In this document: positions 53,579 through 62,982 of the stretch, in pieces
Layout: each line of letters opens with the position of its first letter
Position numbering within the stretch: position 1 is the first letter of the stretch
Source: a virus
Lineage: Duplodnaviria > Caudoviricetes
Strand: one strand, 5' to 3'
Length of the DNA stretch: 64,000 bases
IMG/VR virus record: IMGVR_UViG_3300032030_000041
Location: 31,087-95,086 of that record
Translations under genes and position numbers: made by a program
Notes under the pieces: generated by a model
What the model saw: the letters and a program-made list of their open reading frames with translations, nothing else
Databases searched by the model: none
What the model was told of the DNA's origin: nothing

Positions 53579-53871
53579 TTATTCCTCCTAATACCACAGA
53601 CAGGACAGAATTCATCATTATCATATAGAATGCTAACAGTTTTACATTCGGGGCACTTATAGGCTAAGACTTCATCGGTAGTAATGGTTGGCGCTGTATC
53701 AATTACATTTTGCGCCTTCTCCATAAGTTCTCTTGCGAATTCAAAGACTCTCTCTTCATCGCATTCTTCCCAATTTAAAGAATATTCATTCATTAAATCA
53801 CGTATCATGCCATCTCTATCCATAGATGGCGCATTGAGGTCGCAGTCATCACGATAAATTAATTCACGCAT
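53575..53871 (-). CDS. Hypothetical zinc-ribbon protein
   Basis: MRELIYRDD...IDTAPTI...CPEC...FCPVCG. Confidence 0.7.
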   Translation of the reverse strand: MRELIYRDDCDLNAPSMDRDGMIRDLMNEYSLNWEECDEERVFEFARELMEKAQNVIDTAPTITTDEVLAYKCPECKTVSILYDNDEFCPVCGIRRNK

Positions 53872-53939
53872 GGTATCTCTCCTTCTTCTACAATGCACCA
53901 TTGTATTACTTCTTTTGTTACATCAAACATTAGACTGTA

Positions 53940-54242
53940 TCATTCCAAATAATTCCTTTCTCCATCGGCGCAGAAAAAATCATCCTCCTGCACTACCATT
54001 GAATATTCATAAAATGGACAATTGTCGAATTCTCGCTTCCAACAATCTTTACACCGGATAACAGGTTGTCTGTCCTCAATGGCAATAGCGCAGTTTTCAC
54101 AATTGTTCTGCTCTTTCAGTAGAGAAAGAGCATCTGAAATAGTTTGCCCAATCTTAATACACATTTCTGGAGTAACCATATTTGGATTACATAATACCGC
54201 TTTTGCGATATTCATATTTTCTATAATTTTCTCTCTGTCCAT
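53940..54242 (-). CDS. Hypothetical Cys-rich phage protein
   Basis: MDREKII...VIRCKDC...DDFFCADGER, a pattern common in Firmicutes phages. Confidence 0.7.
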   Translation of the reverse strand: MDREKIIENMNIAKAVLCNPNMVTPEMCIKIGQTISDALSLLKEQNNCENCAIAIEDRQPVIRCKDCWKREFDNCPFYEYSMVVQEDDFFCADGERNYLE

Positions 54243-54273
54243 TCATTTTCGCCTCTATTTTCCTTTCGTAAAT

Positions 54274-54302
54274 ATTATACTATAAATTTAAGATTATGTC
54301 AA
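54274..54302 (-). promoter_or_regulatory. SigmaA-type promoter
   Basis: TTGACA-17-TATAAT. Confidence 0.85.
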
Positions 54303-54346
54303 TTTTTTGATCTAGCGCCTTGGCGCGATAGCGCCAACCGGGCGCC

Positions 54347-54528
54347 TTTTTATTTTTTATATAATTTATATTTATTTATAGTATTTATATTTCTCTATTC
54401 AATTTGACCATACCCCTCTATTCAATTTGACTCAATTTCTATGTCAAATTGACTATACCCCTATATTCAAATTGACTATAGGTTCGAGTCAAATTGACAT
54501 AAGTATTTTTTATCTATGTCAAATTGAC
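54347..54528. repeat. Iteron-like array (6 x KTCAAWTTGAC) with adjacent AT-rich tract: putative replication origin or operator array
   Basis: Copies start at 54398, 54421, 54443, 54466, 54488 and 54518 (spacing 23/22/23/22/30); ~45 nt of almost pure A/T at 54347-54392. Confidence 0.75.
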
Positions 54529-54914
54529 TATAGGTCTGGCCGCGCGATAAAATCATAAAGAGGGCAACTTAATCCATCTTTATCGGTAACATTTTCATGC
54601 ATAAAGATAAGAAAGCCCTTTTCTATAAGTTCATTTACTGCGCGATTATAAGAAGAATCGCTAATGCCAGTTTTTGCTACTACATCTACTTTACTTAAGC
54701 CACCTACATATCCATCTTGATTAGAAATAAGATAAATATAAAGTTTAAAGCCTTTTTCACTTAATTCGCGGCTAGCATAAAATAAATCTTCTTTAAATAA
54801 ATCAGATATACGTACATCATTATTACGCTGCTTTTCGCGCACTTTCTTTACTCGAAATACTTTTTGATTCTTATTCAGACTATAATCTGAACTAGTTAAT
54901 TTTACATTTGCCAT
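54519..54914 (-). CDS. Winged-helix protein resembling replication initiators (ends at 54528 if TAG stops)
   Basis: LSEKGFKLYIYL...LSKVDVVAKTGISDSSYNRAVNELIEKGFL; the 3' end overlaps the repeat array. Confidence 0.7.
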
Positions 54915-54926
54915 TTGGGTTCCTCC

Positions 54927-55115
54927 TTATCGCTTAGATTGCGATATACGGCGGAAAGCTTCTTGAAACTCTGGTGAATCTTCAAATATCCATACTTTAA
55001 ATTCTGGATTATATTCATTTATGTCAGTACCTATAATTTTAAAGCCTTCACGCCTAAGTTGTAAGGCTATCCAACGAGTATATACTCGATAGCCTTTATT
55101 TTGTAATTTTGTCAT
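54927..55115 (-). CDS. Small hypothetical protein (DUF5659-like)
   Basis: VYTRWIALQLRREGF...NPEFKVWIFEDSPEF. Confidence 0.6.
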   Translation of the reverse strand: MTKLQNKGYRVYTRWIALQLRREGFKIIGTDINEYNPEFKVWIFEDSPEFQEAFRRISQSKR

Positions 55116-55294
55116 CTATGCTCCTCCATAATTTCTTCCATTTTATCTAGCAATTTTACCGATGGATTTTTTGTTCCTTTAAAAATGCGGCTTAAATGTT
55201 CTTGACTACATCCAATTGCTTCCGCAGCTTCAGTTTGATTCCATCCTTTATTATAAGTAAATAGTTCATATTGTTTTATAATATCTCGTGTCAT
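55112..55294 (-). CDS. XRE/Cro-family helix-turn-helix regulator
   Basis: GWNQTEAAEAIGCSQEHLSRIFKGTKNPS. Confidence 0.85.
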   Translation of the reverse strand: MTRDIIKQYELFTYNKGWNQTEAAEAIGCSQEHLSRIFKGTKNPSVKLLDKMEEIMEEHR

Positions 55295-55329
55295 ATACTC
55301 ACCTGCCTCTAGGACATAATTTAGGATAA

Positions 55330-55366
55330 GAAAAATATGACCTATCCTCCATAGAATAAGTCATAA
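55330..55366 (-). terminator. Probable intrinsic terminator
   Basis: ATATGACTTATTCT-atgg-AGGATAGGTCATAT (with G-U pairs) followed by TTTTC on the - strand. Confidence 0.55.
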
Positions 55367-55379
55367 TATAACCTTTGAA

Positions 55380-55898
55380 TTATATTAAATCTTTTCGTTC
55401 CATACAAAATTTTTTCAAAGCGTCGGGGCTTGTAAAAGTAAGTCCATTTAAATAACTTTCAGTATCAAACAAATATGCTACCTGTTCGCGCCGCCATTTA
55501 TCTTCTCTATACTTTGCAAGTGGCCATCCAAGCTCTACTGCTAATTCATCATCTGGGAGAGTTACTTGGTCTTCTAGATTTGGATCGAAAGGATCAATCT
55601 TTTCCCATCCAAAATCCTCAGAATAAGAGGCTGGATAGAACTCTTCAAAGTCGTCAGTTTCATTTATATAGCCAGAAACGCGACTAAAAATAAAACTCCA
55701 GCATCGAAATTTCTTTTCTTGTGGCTCAAATACCACAAATGAATAGCAGCTATTATCTTCCCAAAAAGGATTATCATCCCATTTTTCAATATGATCTACA
55801 CTATGAGGATCGGTTATAGTAAAAGTTTGTTCTGAATCATATCTGCCTACGAGGGTATCATGAATAGGAAAATTTTCAATACAATTTTTAAATGTCAT
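55380..55898 (-). CDS. Hypothetical protein
   Basis: 172-aa acidic/aromatic ORF. Confidence 0.65.
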   Translation of the reverse strand: MTFKNCIENFPIHDTLVGRYDSEQTFTITDPHSVDHIEKWDDNPFWEDNSCYSFVVFEPQEKKFRCWSFIFSRVSGYINETDDFEEFYPASYSEDFGWEKIDPFDPNLEDQVTLPDDELAVELGWPLAKYREDKWRREQVAYLFDTESYLNGLTFTSPDALKKFCMERKDLI

Positions 55899-56236
55899 TA
55901 GTAATCATACTCCACAAATAGTTTTCTATTCTTAATTTTATTCTGCTCCCATCCTAATACCTCATCGCGCAGTTCGCACAGTTGAGGTACAGAGTCATAA
56001 GTTCCGAAGTAATCACGATGAGTACAAGCAACCCTAATCATTTCTTCGAGTTCTTCACTGCCAATCCTAATAAGCTCGCCGGACTCATAATTCTTAGGTA
56101 TGAATGACCAATTCTTAACCATATCCCAATTTTTGCGCCAGTACATACGCTCTTTTATGATGTCAGAAGAATACCAATTTTCATCCTTAAATGCCTTATG
56201 ATTTGGCGCTTCTAATATGTAGCAATCCATTCCCAT
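55898..56236 (-). CDS. Conserved phage hypothetical protein (MGLD...YWRK type)
   Basis: MGMDCYI...MYWRKNW. Confidence 0.7.
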   Translation of the reverse strand: MGMDCYILEAPNHKAFKDENWYSSDIIKERMYWRKNWDMVKNWSFIPKNYESGELIRIGSEELEEMIRVACTHRDYFGTYDSVPQLCELRDEVLGWEQNKIKNRKLFVEYDY

Positions 56237-56268
56237 TACTCATTTCTCCTCTCTTTCTTTCTATAAGA

Positions 56269-56297
56269 ATTATACTCTAATTTTAAGAAAAAGTCAA
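56269..56297 (-). promoter_or_regulatory. SigmaA-type promoter
   Basis: TTGACT-17-TATAAT. Confidence 0.85.
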
Positions 56298-56325
56298 ATA
56301 AGAGGAGTTGAAGTTTCAACTCCCC
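56298..56325 (-). terminator. Intrinsic terminator
   Basis: GGAGTTGAA/TTCAACTCC hairpin just after the permease stop. Confidence 0.7.
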
Positions 56326-56330
56326 TTAAA

Positions 56331-57587
56331 TTATTTATCTTTTAATATAAGATTAAGTACAATACCTATAAGCATTGCGAGTGCAGTAGTTCCAATACTT
56401 ACAATACCAAAATTACATACTGCGCCGGAAACGCCTAGCGTTAGTACAGCTGCAATAATAGTAACGTTCTTATTATTATTCAAATCGATATTGCTATCTT
56501 TAATAGTACGAATACCAGATAGAGTAATATAACCATAGAGAATGGCGGCGCAGCCACCAAAAATTGCGCTTGGAATTGATACTAGGAAAGCCTGAAGTGG
56601 GCCAATAAATGCGGCAATACCCATTATTACAGCCGCGAGAGTAATTACATATTTGGAACAAATCTTACTAAAACCTGTAGTACCAACACTCTCACCATAG
56701 CTAGTATTTGGCATAGCACCAATAAGAGTACCAAGAGCAGTTGCGGCACCATCACCCATTAGAGTGTAGCCGAGGCCGGGTTTCTGTGTTAAATCGGTTC
56801 CAATTACAGCACTTAAGGCCTTATGATCTGAAGTATGTTCACAAATTGTAACTAGACTTAGAGGCAAGAACAGTAGTAGAATCTGTGGTAGATAGCTCCA
56901 ATCCCAAGTTCCAAAATGTAGGAAAGCAAAGTCAGGTAGTTGGAATAGTTTTACTCCATTAAATACACTAAAATCAATAATTGGAACTCCGCATACTGTA
57001 AGAATTGCGGCGAAAGCATACACAATTAGAATTGCTACTAGGAAAGGTAAGTTTTTAATAAAACCTTTTCCATAGTGAGAGATTAGCGCTGTAATAAGTA
57101 GTGTTAGCATTCCCAATCCAAATCCAATTAAACTATATTGTCCATTGATTTGGAAATAAGTAGGCAGGAATGTAGCTAGATTTAGGCCAATGACTGCTAC
57201 AATAGGGCCAATTACAACTGGCGGTAGTAGTTTGTTAATCCAAGCAGTACCAAAATGATTGATAGCAAGCCCAACCGCAAAATAAATAGCACATACAATT
57301 AAACCGCCAATAAATACAGCCAAATAATTTGGAGCAGTTCCAAGTGCGAGTGCTCCCATTACTGCGGCGACAAACGCGCCAGAAGAACTAATAAACATAG
57401 GACTCTGGCCGTGAGTAATTAGCTGATATAGAAGAGTACCAAGAGCTGCACCTAGCATAGATGGCGCAATAGGTACTCCACAAATCTGCGGGATTAGTAC
57501 GGTAGCAACGAAACAAGCAACAACCTACTGCATTGCAGCGACAAGCAGTCTTTTTGCAGGTAGCTTGTCATTAATATTATATAACAT
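56331..57587 (-). CDS. Uracil/xanthine permease (NCS2, UraA/PyrP-like), 418 aa, single TAG at codon 21
   Basis: RBS AAGGAG and ATG at 57587; MQ(Q)VVACFVAT, SSSGAF, PPVVIGP, EHTSD, GDG, PNTSYGESVG, GG...LYG. Confidence 0.9.
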
Positions 57588-57601
57588 ATTATTTAGTCTC
57601 C

Positions 57602-58015
57602 TTAATCTTTAAAATGTCTAGTTAATGGTTCTAAATTATCACTTACTACTGTTTCAGTAGTATAGTGCGGCGTATGACAATTATCTGGGTTAGTATAGTT
57701 CTAAGCGGTAACATTAGGGTCTACTTGATTTACATTAGTACAATAGGTAATAGAATCGGGATGAATCCTAAACATATTATCATCGCATGTAATTTTAGTT
57801 CTCCACCATTCATCGCATGGATTTACTGTAATCTTATTCCAAGAAGTAGAAGGTGAACAGTCACATTGCCTTACCCAAGGGGCATTGATGCGGCCGCAAC
57901 GAGGACATTCCCATCCTTTTTCAGCACTATAAGAGGGACTATTGTAAGTATAAGTTGTACTTGTACTAGTTCCTTTAACTGTTTCTCCAGTCTAAATTTT
58001 ATTTGTTGTTTGCAT
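57602..58015 (-). CDS. Zinc-ribbon hypothetical protein, 137 aa, 2 TAG (not in the ORF track)
   Basis: RBS GGAGGT; GWECPRCGRINAPWVRQCDC. Confidence 0.7.
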
Positions 58016-58018
58016 ATA

Positions 58019-58654
58019 TTACCTCCAATCTGATATGGCTTCGTCTGTTTTATTAGAACCATATTGTTCTTTTAGTAGCGGTAAAATTTCATCGAACGAA
58101 TTATGTAGCATATGATCTTCCGTAGCATACAAAATCATTCCATATAACATCTGATTAATGCTGAAACTTCGGCGCCAATCCTTCTCATTTAGATGATTGG
58201 TACGGATATCGAAATAATGGGCGTAATTTTGTTTATTAACTTGTGGCCAAATAATTTCATCCATTATTTTATTAAATGCTGCCGCGCGTGCTTCTGTCGT
58301 TTTAATAGTCTGTAATTCACTTAAACAATTAAGAATTCTATTACAAAAATATTTCCATCCATATAGAACGCCCATCTCGCACATAGTACCAATGGCACTT
58401 TGCTCTGGACACAAAACCGTATAATCACTATTCCATAAACGTTCAATATCTGCTTCACAGATTTTTTCCGCAAGATGATTATTTTCTTCTTCTGTCATAT
58501 TAGACTTATCATTGATTGACTTGTTTTGGACGGGACTATATACGTTTCCGGGAATACCCGCAGCTTTAAACTTATCATATTCTTCTTGGCGCGCGAGATT
58601 TGAACCATAGGTCATAATATCACCGCCTAAGTATCCGAGAGGTTCTTTAACCAT
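58019..58654 (-). CDS. Nucleoside 2-deoxyribosyltransferase-like protein
   Basis: YLGG, VYSP, DIERLWNSD, SAIGTMCEMG (GTxxExG signature). Confidence 0.75.
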   Translation of the reverse strand: MVKEPLGYLGGDIMTYGSNLARQEEYDKFKAAGIPGNVYSPVQNKSINDKSNMTEEENNHLAEKICEADIERLWNSDYTVLCPEQSAIGTMCEMGVLYGWKYFCNRILNCLSELQTIKTTEARAAAFNKIMDEIIWPQVNKQNYAHYFDIRTNHLNEKDWRRSFSINQMLYGMILYATEDHMLHNSFDEILPLLKEQYGSNKTDEAISDWR

Positions 58655-58811
58655 TCGTTTCCTCCTTATGTGTCAAATCCCACATAATATCATACATCTC
58701 TAGCTTAAAACCTTCTGGCTGTTCTTCTAGCGGTAGCATCCACCAAGCGAGTCCTGCATCTGGATGACGCTTAAAGTATTCGTCAATTAGCTGACCATAT
58801 AGATTTTCCAT
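58647..58811 (-). CDS. Small hypothetical protein, 54 aa
   Basis: RBS GGAGGT; MENLYGQLIDEYFKRHPDAGLAWW... Confidence 0.6.
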   Translation of the reverse strand: MENLYGQLIDEYFKRHPDAGLAWWMLPLEEQPEGFKLEMYDIMWDLTHKEETNG

Positions 58812-58835
58812 AATTTGTACCTCCATTTTTCTTTT

Positions 58836-58864
58836 ATTATATCACGAATTTAGAAAAAAGTCAA
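58836..58864 (-). promoter_or_regulatory. SigmaA-type promoter
   Basis: TTGACT-17-TATAAT with TG extension. Confidence 0.85.
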
Positions 58865-58865
58865 A

Positions 58866-58897
58866 TAAAAAAAAGAGGGACGCAAAAATGCGTCCCT
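58866..58897 (-). terminator. Intrinsic terminator
   Basis: AGGGACGCA-tttt-TGCGTCCCT followed by CTTTTTTTT on the - strand. Confidence 0.85.
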
Positions 58898-58901
58898 ATA
58901 A

Positions 58902-60137
58902 TTATACAGGAGGAACCATCAAATCGCACATGCGAGCTACATTTCCTCTCTCCGATTTCACCAATTTTACCGTGCCAAATAGCGGCTGCCCGCTCAAATG
59001 TTCCAGCATAGAACGAATTCCATTATTCTTCTCAAACTTACGATGATCAATTTGAGCAACATCGCCGCAGAAGATTAATTCGCTTCCGTCTTCAATACGA
59101 CTCATTAGCAGTGTTACAAGCTTATCATTCATATTCTCACATTCATCACAGATAACAATCGACTCTCGAATGGATCTACCACGAATGTGAGATAAAGGGA
59201 AAATTTCAATAACTCCATCATCTATTAATTGATCTAGTACATCTGGGCCGCCTAAGTGGTCTGCAAGTGGGCCGCCCCATATAGCCATCTTGTCCTTTAA
59301 ATCACCAGGTAAATAACCTATATCATTTGTATCTGCAACAATAATATTATTACGTACAAATATAAGTTTACGATATTTTCCCTTATGTACTTGTTCTAGC
59401 GCATATGACAAAGCGAGTAAAGTTTTTCCGCTGCCCCAGGCACTCGTTAATAGTTTAACACGAATATCCGGATTCTGTAATAAATCAAATGCCATTTTCT
59501 GCTCTAAGTTACGTGGACTAATTGTTTCCTGAATATAAGGATTACGTATATCTTTATACTTTAAAGGCCGATATTCTTCTCCTGTCCAAAACAGTACATC
59601 CTTAAGTTCCGTTCCTTCATATATCTTACAAAACTCATTAGTTTTGGCTTTTAGAATATTCATTTTGGAATCAGTATAAAGCATAGACATTTCTTGCTCA
59701 TTTGGATAATATTTAGCCCAGCCGCACCATTCTTCGGTTGGTGCTTTTCGGGCCGGAGCATAGGTGGCTATAAGATGTGGCATTTGAAGCGCAAATTGAT
59801 ATTGCGCCGCATCGCAGGTAAGAAAGATTATATCTATTTTCTCTTCTTGCGCGAAAATTTCAGCGGCAAGAATAATTCGATGGTCATTGATATTGCTTAG
59901 AAAATTATACTTCTTTAGCAGTTTATCTATCTTTTTATTATCATCTAATATAACTTCATATTTGCTACCTTCCATAATTTTACGAATGGCTTCACGCGCC
60001 AGAAACTTAATCTCTGGACTCTCATGCTCATTCCCTTTGATATGCTCTAGCTCACATAAAGTTAAAGGGCTGATGGCAATACGACCTTCAGCCACTCCAT
60101 GTAGAATATAAGATGTATCCGCAAAGTGTTTAATCAT
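58902..60137 (-). CDS. phoH: PhoH-family ATPase with N-terminal PIN domain
   Basis: DTSYIL, NDHRI, RNLEQ, WGSGKTLLAL, IGYLPG, IRGRS, DECEN, GDVAQID, SERG. Confidence 0.92.
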   Translation of the reverse strand: MIKHFADTSYILHGVAEGRIAISPLTLCELEHIKGNEHESPEIKFLAREAIRKIMEGSKYEVILDDNKKIDKLLKKYNFLSNINDHRIILAAEIFAQEEKIDIIFLTCDAAQYQFALQMPHLIATYAPARKAPTEEWCGWAKYYPNEQEMSMLYTDSKMNILKAKTNEFCKIYEGTELKDVLFWTGEEYRPLKYKDIRNPYIQETISPRNLEQKMAFDLLQNPDIRVKLLTSAWGSGKTLLALSYALEQVHKGKYRKLIFVRNNIIVADTNDIGYLPGDLKDKMAIWGGPLADHLGGPDVLDQLIDDGVIEIFPLSHIRGRSIRESIVICDECENMNDKLVTLLMSRIEDGSELIFCGDVAQIDHRKFEKNNGIRSMLEHLSGQPLFGTVKLVKSERGNVARMCDLMVPPV

Positions 60138-60739
60138 TTATCATCAACTCCATACAGATGGTCGAGCATTCCCAAATCAATTAGTTCTTGACCTTTTATG
60201 AACCATTGCTTTCTTGCGTGTGCATCGTACATCTCTGGAGTTATATTAGTATTAGCAATAATAAAGTCTCGAATATCTGCATCCACGCCTTTATTAAATT
60301 CCATAATGTCATCTGCTGTACGACTTTCACTGGATTCGAGTGCTACATAACCATCATGAAGTAGGACATAAGATGCGGGAAAACCATACCGAATTACATT
60401 CTCATTCTTTCCACCACCAGCAAGAATAATTCCTGCCATACTTGCAGCCATACCTGGTACTATAATATTTAGTGGTTTAGAATATAATGAAATATATTGT
60501 GCGAGGTAGAAGCCGTTAGCTACGCTACCGCCGCAAGAGTTTAGGATTAGTGTTACCGGATCGGTAGAATTGTCCTCTTCAAATTCTTTTAATGGAAGAT
60601 ACACTTTTTCTACAGTTGCATCAGTAACATACTCATTTAAAATAATAGTACGTTTATCTAGCAGCTGATGAAAGTATTGATATGTAATTGGATCAAACCC
60701 AAATTTCTCTACTTCACCGAATAATTCTTCTAAGTCCAT
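60134..60739 (-). CDS. clpP: ClpP-like protease subunit
   Basis: LDKRTIIL, LILNSCGGSV, GMAASMA (catalytic Ser), LLHDG (His). Confidence 0.8.
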   Translation of the reverse strand: MDLEELFGEVEKFGFDPITYQYFHQLLDKRTIILNEYVTDATVEKVYLPLKEFEEDNSTDPVTLILNSCGGSVANGFYLAQYISLYSKPLNIIVPGMAASMAGIILAGGGKNENVIRYGFPASYVLLHDGYVALESSESRTADDIMEFNKGVDADIRDFIIANTNITPEMYDAHARKQWFIKGQELIDLGMLDHLYGVDDK

Positions 60740-60770
60740 AAGTCCTCCTCAGCCTCACTAATATGCGGGC

Positions 60771-61904
60771 TTATTCAATAATTTTTGCGAGTGTGCAATC
60801 TTTCGGGTCAAGGTCACCTTTTCTCAATGATTTGAGAATAGGGTGGCGGATGGATATACCTTCACCATCAGAGTTTGCGCGTCGCTCTGATACCATCATT
60901 CCAGTAATTGTAACAGGCGTACCAATCCATTCTTTTGGATGATCACGCAAAGCAGTCTTAAACTCTTCTGTTAAGCCACTAACTTTACATAAAGGAATAA
61001 TAATATCGTCTTTATTATAAACGCCTACTTGAATTGCAGCAGGCCATTTATTAAAATAGTTTTTAGACACTGGTAGATAGGCGCCACCGGTTTGATACTC
61101 TCCAAAGTAGTCTCCCTGTACCAATTGCCCAGTACGACTATTTTCCCAAAGTTGCCAATGTCCAAGGTCATCTCCGTGATAGAGCTTTTCACCTTGCACA
61201 GTACCAGTAATAATGGCATCAATTTCAGAAGTAATTTCTTGTTTTACTTTAATTGTAGTCCATGCAGAACTGCGCTTACCGGGAGTATATAATACTCCCT
61301 TTTTATAACATACTGCGCCTTCGCCGCCACGACTTAAAATTGTAGCCACATCATCGAAGAAATGTTCATTCATTTCGTGAAATTCAATCCCTTTAACGAG
61401 AGGACTATTAATACGTCTCACAACCTCATTAATATAGGATACACGTTCTTCAATTGGCTTATCTAGAAATTCTACTCCGTCTAGTGCAAGTACGTCAAAT
61501 ATACGCCATTCTACTGGAGTCTCTTTCTGACGTGCAATTGCCTTTGGGGCTAAACAACGCAATACGGCTCCCACTGTGGCATCTACTCCACCAGGGATAT
61601 ATCCTTCTCCAAGTAGGACAGTTGTACCTTTTGTAAATGCTTTACATACATCTTCCCAGAAAAGTACTTTATCCTGTACTTCACCAAGGTGTCCCGTTGT
61701 CTTACTAATTCCACGAGTTTGTAGTACATTATCATCTGGAGTAATAATTCCACGCAAAAAATTACCATCAAATTTTTCACTCCAAATATATTGGCCACTT
61801 TCTGCGGCGGCCTCAAGCTTCATACGTTTCATTTCTTTAGAAACCGATGCTGTAGGAGCCCAATATTTTTGGATACCCAATTCGCGCCATTCATTACTGG
61901 TCAT
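60771..61904 (-). CDS. ATP-dependent DNA ligase
   Basis: SEKFDG (KxDG), LLGE, FDVL, EGAV, WTTIKVK, VSGL, IRHP. Confidence 0.9.
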   Translation of the reverse strand: MTSNEWRELGIQKYWAPTASVSKEMKRMKLEAAAESGQYIWSEKFDGNFLRGIITPDDNVLQTRGISKTTGHLGEVQDKVLFWEDVCKAFTKGTTVLLGEGYIPGGVDATVGAVLRCLAPKAIARQKETPVEWRIFDVLALDGVEFLDKPIEERVSYINEVVRRINSPLVKGIEFHEMNEHFFDDVATILSRGGEGAVCYKKGVLYTPGKRSSAWTTIKVKQEITSEIDAIITGTVQGEKLYHGDDLGHWQLWENSRTGQLVQGDYFGEYQTGGAYLPVSKNYFNKWPAAIQVGVYNKDDIIIPLCKVSGLTEEFKTALRDHPKEWIGTPVTITGMMVSERRANSDGEGISIRHPILKSLRKGDLDPKDCTLAKIIE

Positions 61905-61917
61905 ATAATTTTCTCCT

Positions 61918-62478
61918 TTAAATCAAATTTAAGTCTTTTAAAATTGTTTCTGCGCCATCTTTTAACTCTTCTAAGTCGCCTTCGTTATGTAATACATAAT
62001 CGAAACTATAACAGTCAAGTGAAGTTTCACTTGGGTGATTACGCTGATCGTCTGTTAGAGCTGGATTAATCCATTCCGTGCCATCTTCATTCTTGCGCTC
62101 AATTCTTACTGCTACGCAATTTTTAATACCTTGTAGCGCGATATCAATTTCATTGGGGAATCGCGCATCTGGTACTATAGCTACATCAAAATTATTATAT
62201 GGCTCAAAGGCTTGGATTAATCCTACAACAATTCCAGTCCAGAAATTGGGATGACAAGCACGTACAATATCCGTGCCAACCTGCTGTAATAAGGTTCTTC
62301 CTACTTCATCTTTCTTACCATCCCAATCCATGAAATCACGCAGGAACCATTTAAGCGCATCAGCGTAATGGATTAATAATACACGTTTTCCTTTCTTTTC
62401 AAGAGCTTCACGCATATACTGCGCGGTAACATCTTTTCCAGAACCAGATTTACCAGATAAAATAATTGTTTGTTTCAT
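61918..62478 (-). CDS. P-loop (deoxy)nucleoside monophosphate kinase-like protein
   Basis: LSGKSGSGKD, YADALK, RTLLQQVGTD, PDARFPNE, HPSETSLD. Confidence 0.8.
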   Translation of the reverse strand: MKQTIILSGKSGSGKDVTAQYMREALEKKGKRVLLIHYADALKWFLRDFMDWDGKKDEVGRTLLQQVGTDIVRACHPNFWTGIVVGLIQAFEPYNNFDVAIVPDARFPNEIDIALQGIKNCVAVRIERKNEDGTEWINPALTDDQRNHPSETSLDCYSFDYVLHNEGDLEELKDGAETILKDLNLI

Positions 62479-62666
62479 CGTCTTAGCACTTCCATTTGTA
62501 AGTTAAAATAGAACTGTAAAAAATCCTATTCCTCTTCAGAGTGAGCTTTAGTATATTCAGACAAGAGCTGCGTAGCGCGCTCAGGTGATAATATAGACGC
62601 AAGCCGCCAAACATCTGCGGCTTCTTGTCTTAATTTATCATTAATATTGGCAAATAGTTCAATCAT
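62475..62666 (-). CDS. Hypothetical protein, 63 aa, 1 TAG (not in the ORF track)
   Basis: MIELFANIND...EEE(Q)DFLQFYFNLQMEVLRR-TGA; the TGA overlaps the next ATG only if TAG is read through. Confidence 0.65.
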
Positions 62667-62982
62667 GTTTCTCACCCTTTTGAATTTTATTAAGAATATC
62701 AAAGAAAGCTTGAACTTCTTCTTTGCTTTCTAATTGATATTGGCGAATTTTCTTGGGCGCCAGTCTTTCATTATCTGCAGGCAATTCATATATATAGTAG
62801 GTTTCATTCTGATCTGCATCAATAACTCGCTTGGTAATTACCTGACCTGTGCGTTTGCTAACTAACTTAATAATAACACAGTCGTCTTCATAAACTTTTT
62901 CCATGTCAAAACAGTCAGTTTTCATTTCTCCTACTAAGCCTGCATACTCGTTGCGCCCGACTTCATAAATTTCATCGTTCAT
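62659..62982 (-). CDS. Hypothetical protein
   Basis: 107-aa ORF overlapping both neighbours. Confidence 0.7.
   Translation of the reverse strand: MNDEIYEVGRNEYAGLVGEMKTDCFDMEKVYEDDCVIIKLVSKRTGQVITKRVIDADQNETYYIYELPADNERLAPKKIRQYQLESKEEVQAFFDILNKIQKGEKHD

Noticed and set aside
54398-54528. CRISPR mini-array
   Set aside because: Repeats are only 11 bp with 11-19-nt spacers that partly resemble one another; no cas genes; fits protein-binding iterons better.
57871-58062. ORF-track 63-aa ORF
   Set aside because: Alternate frame of the better-supported TAG-containing gene 57602-58015, which has an RBS and a CPRC motif.
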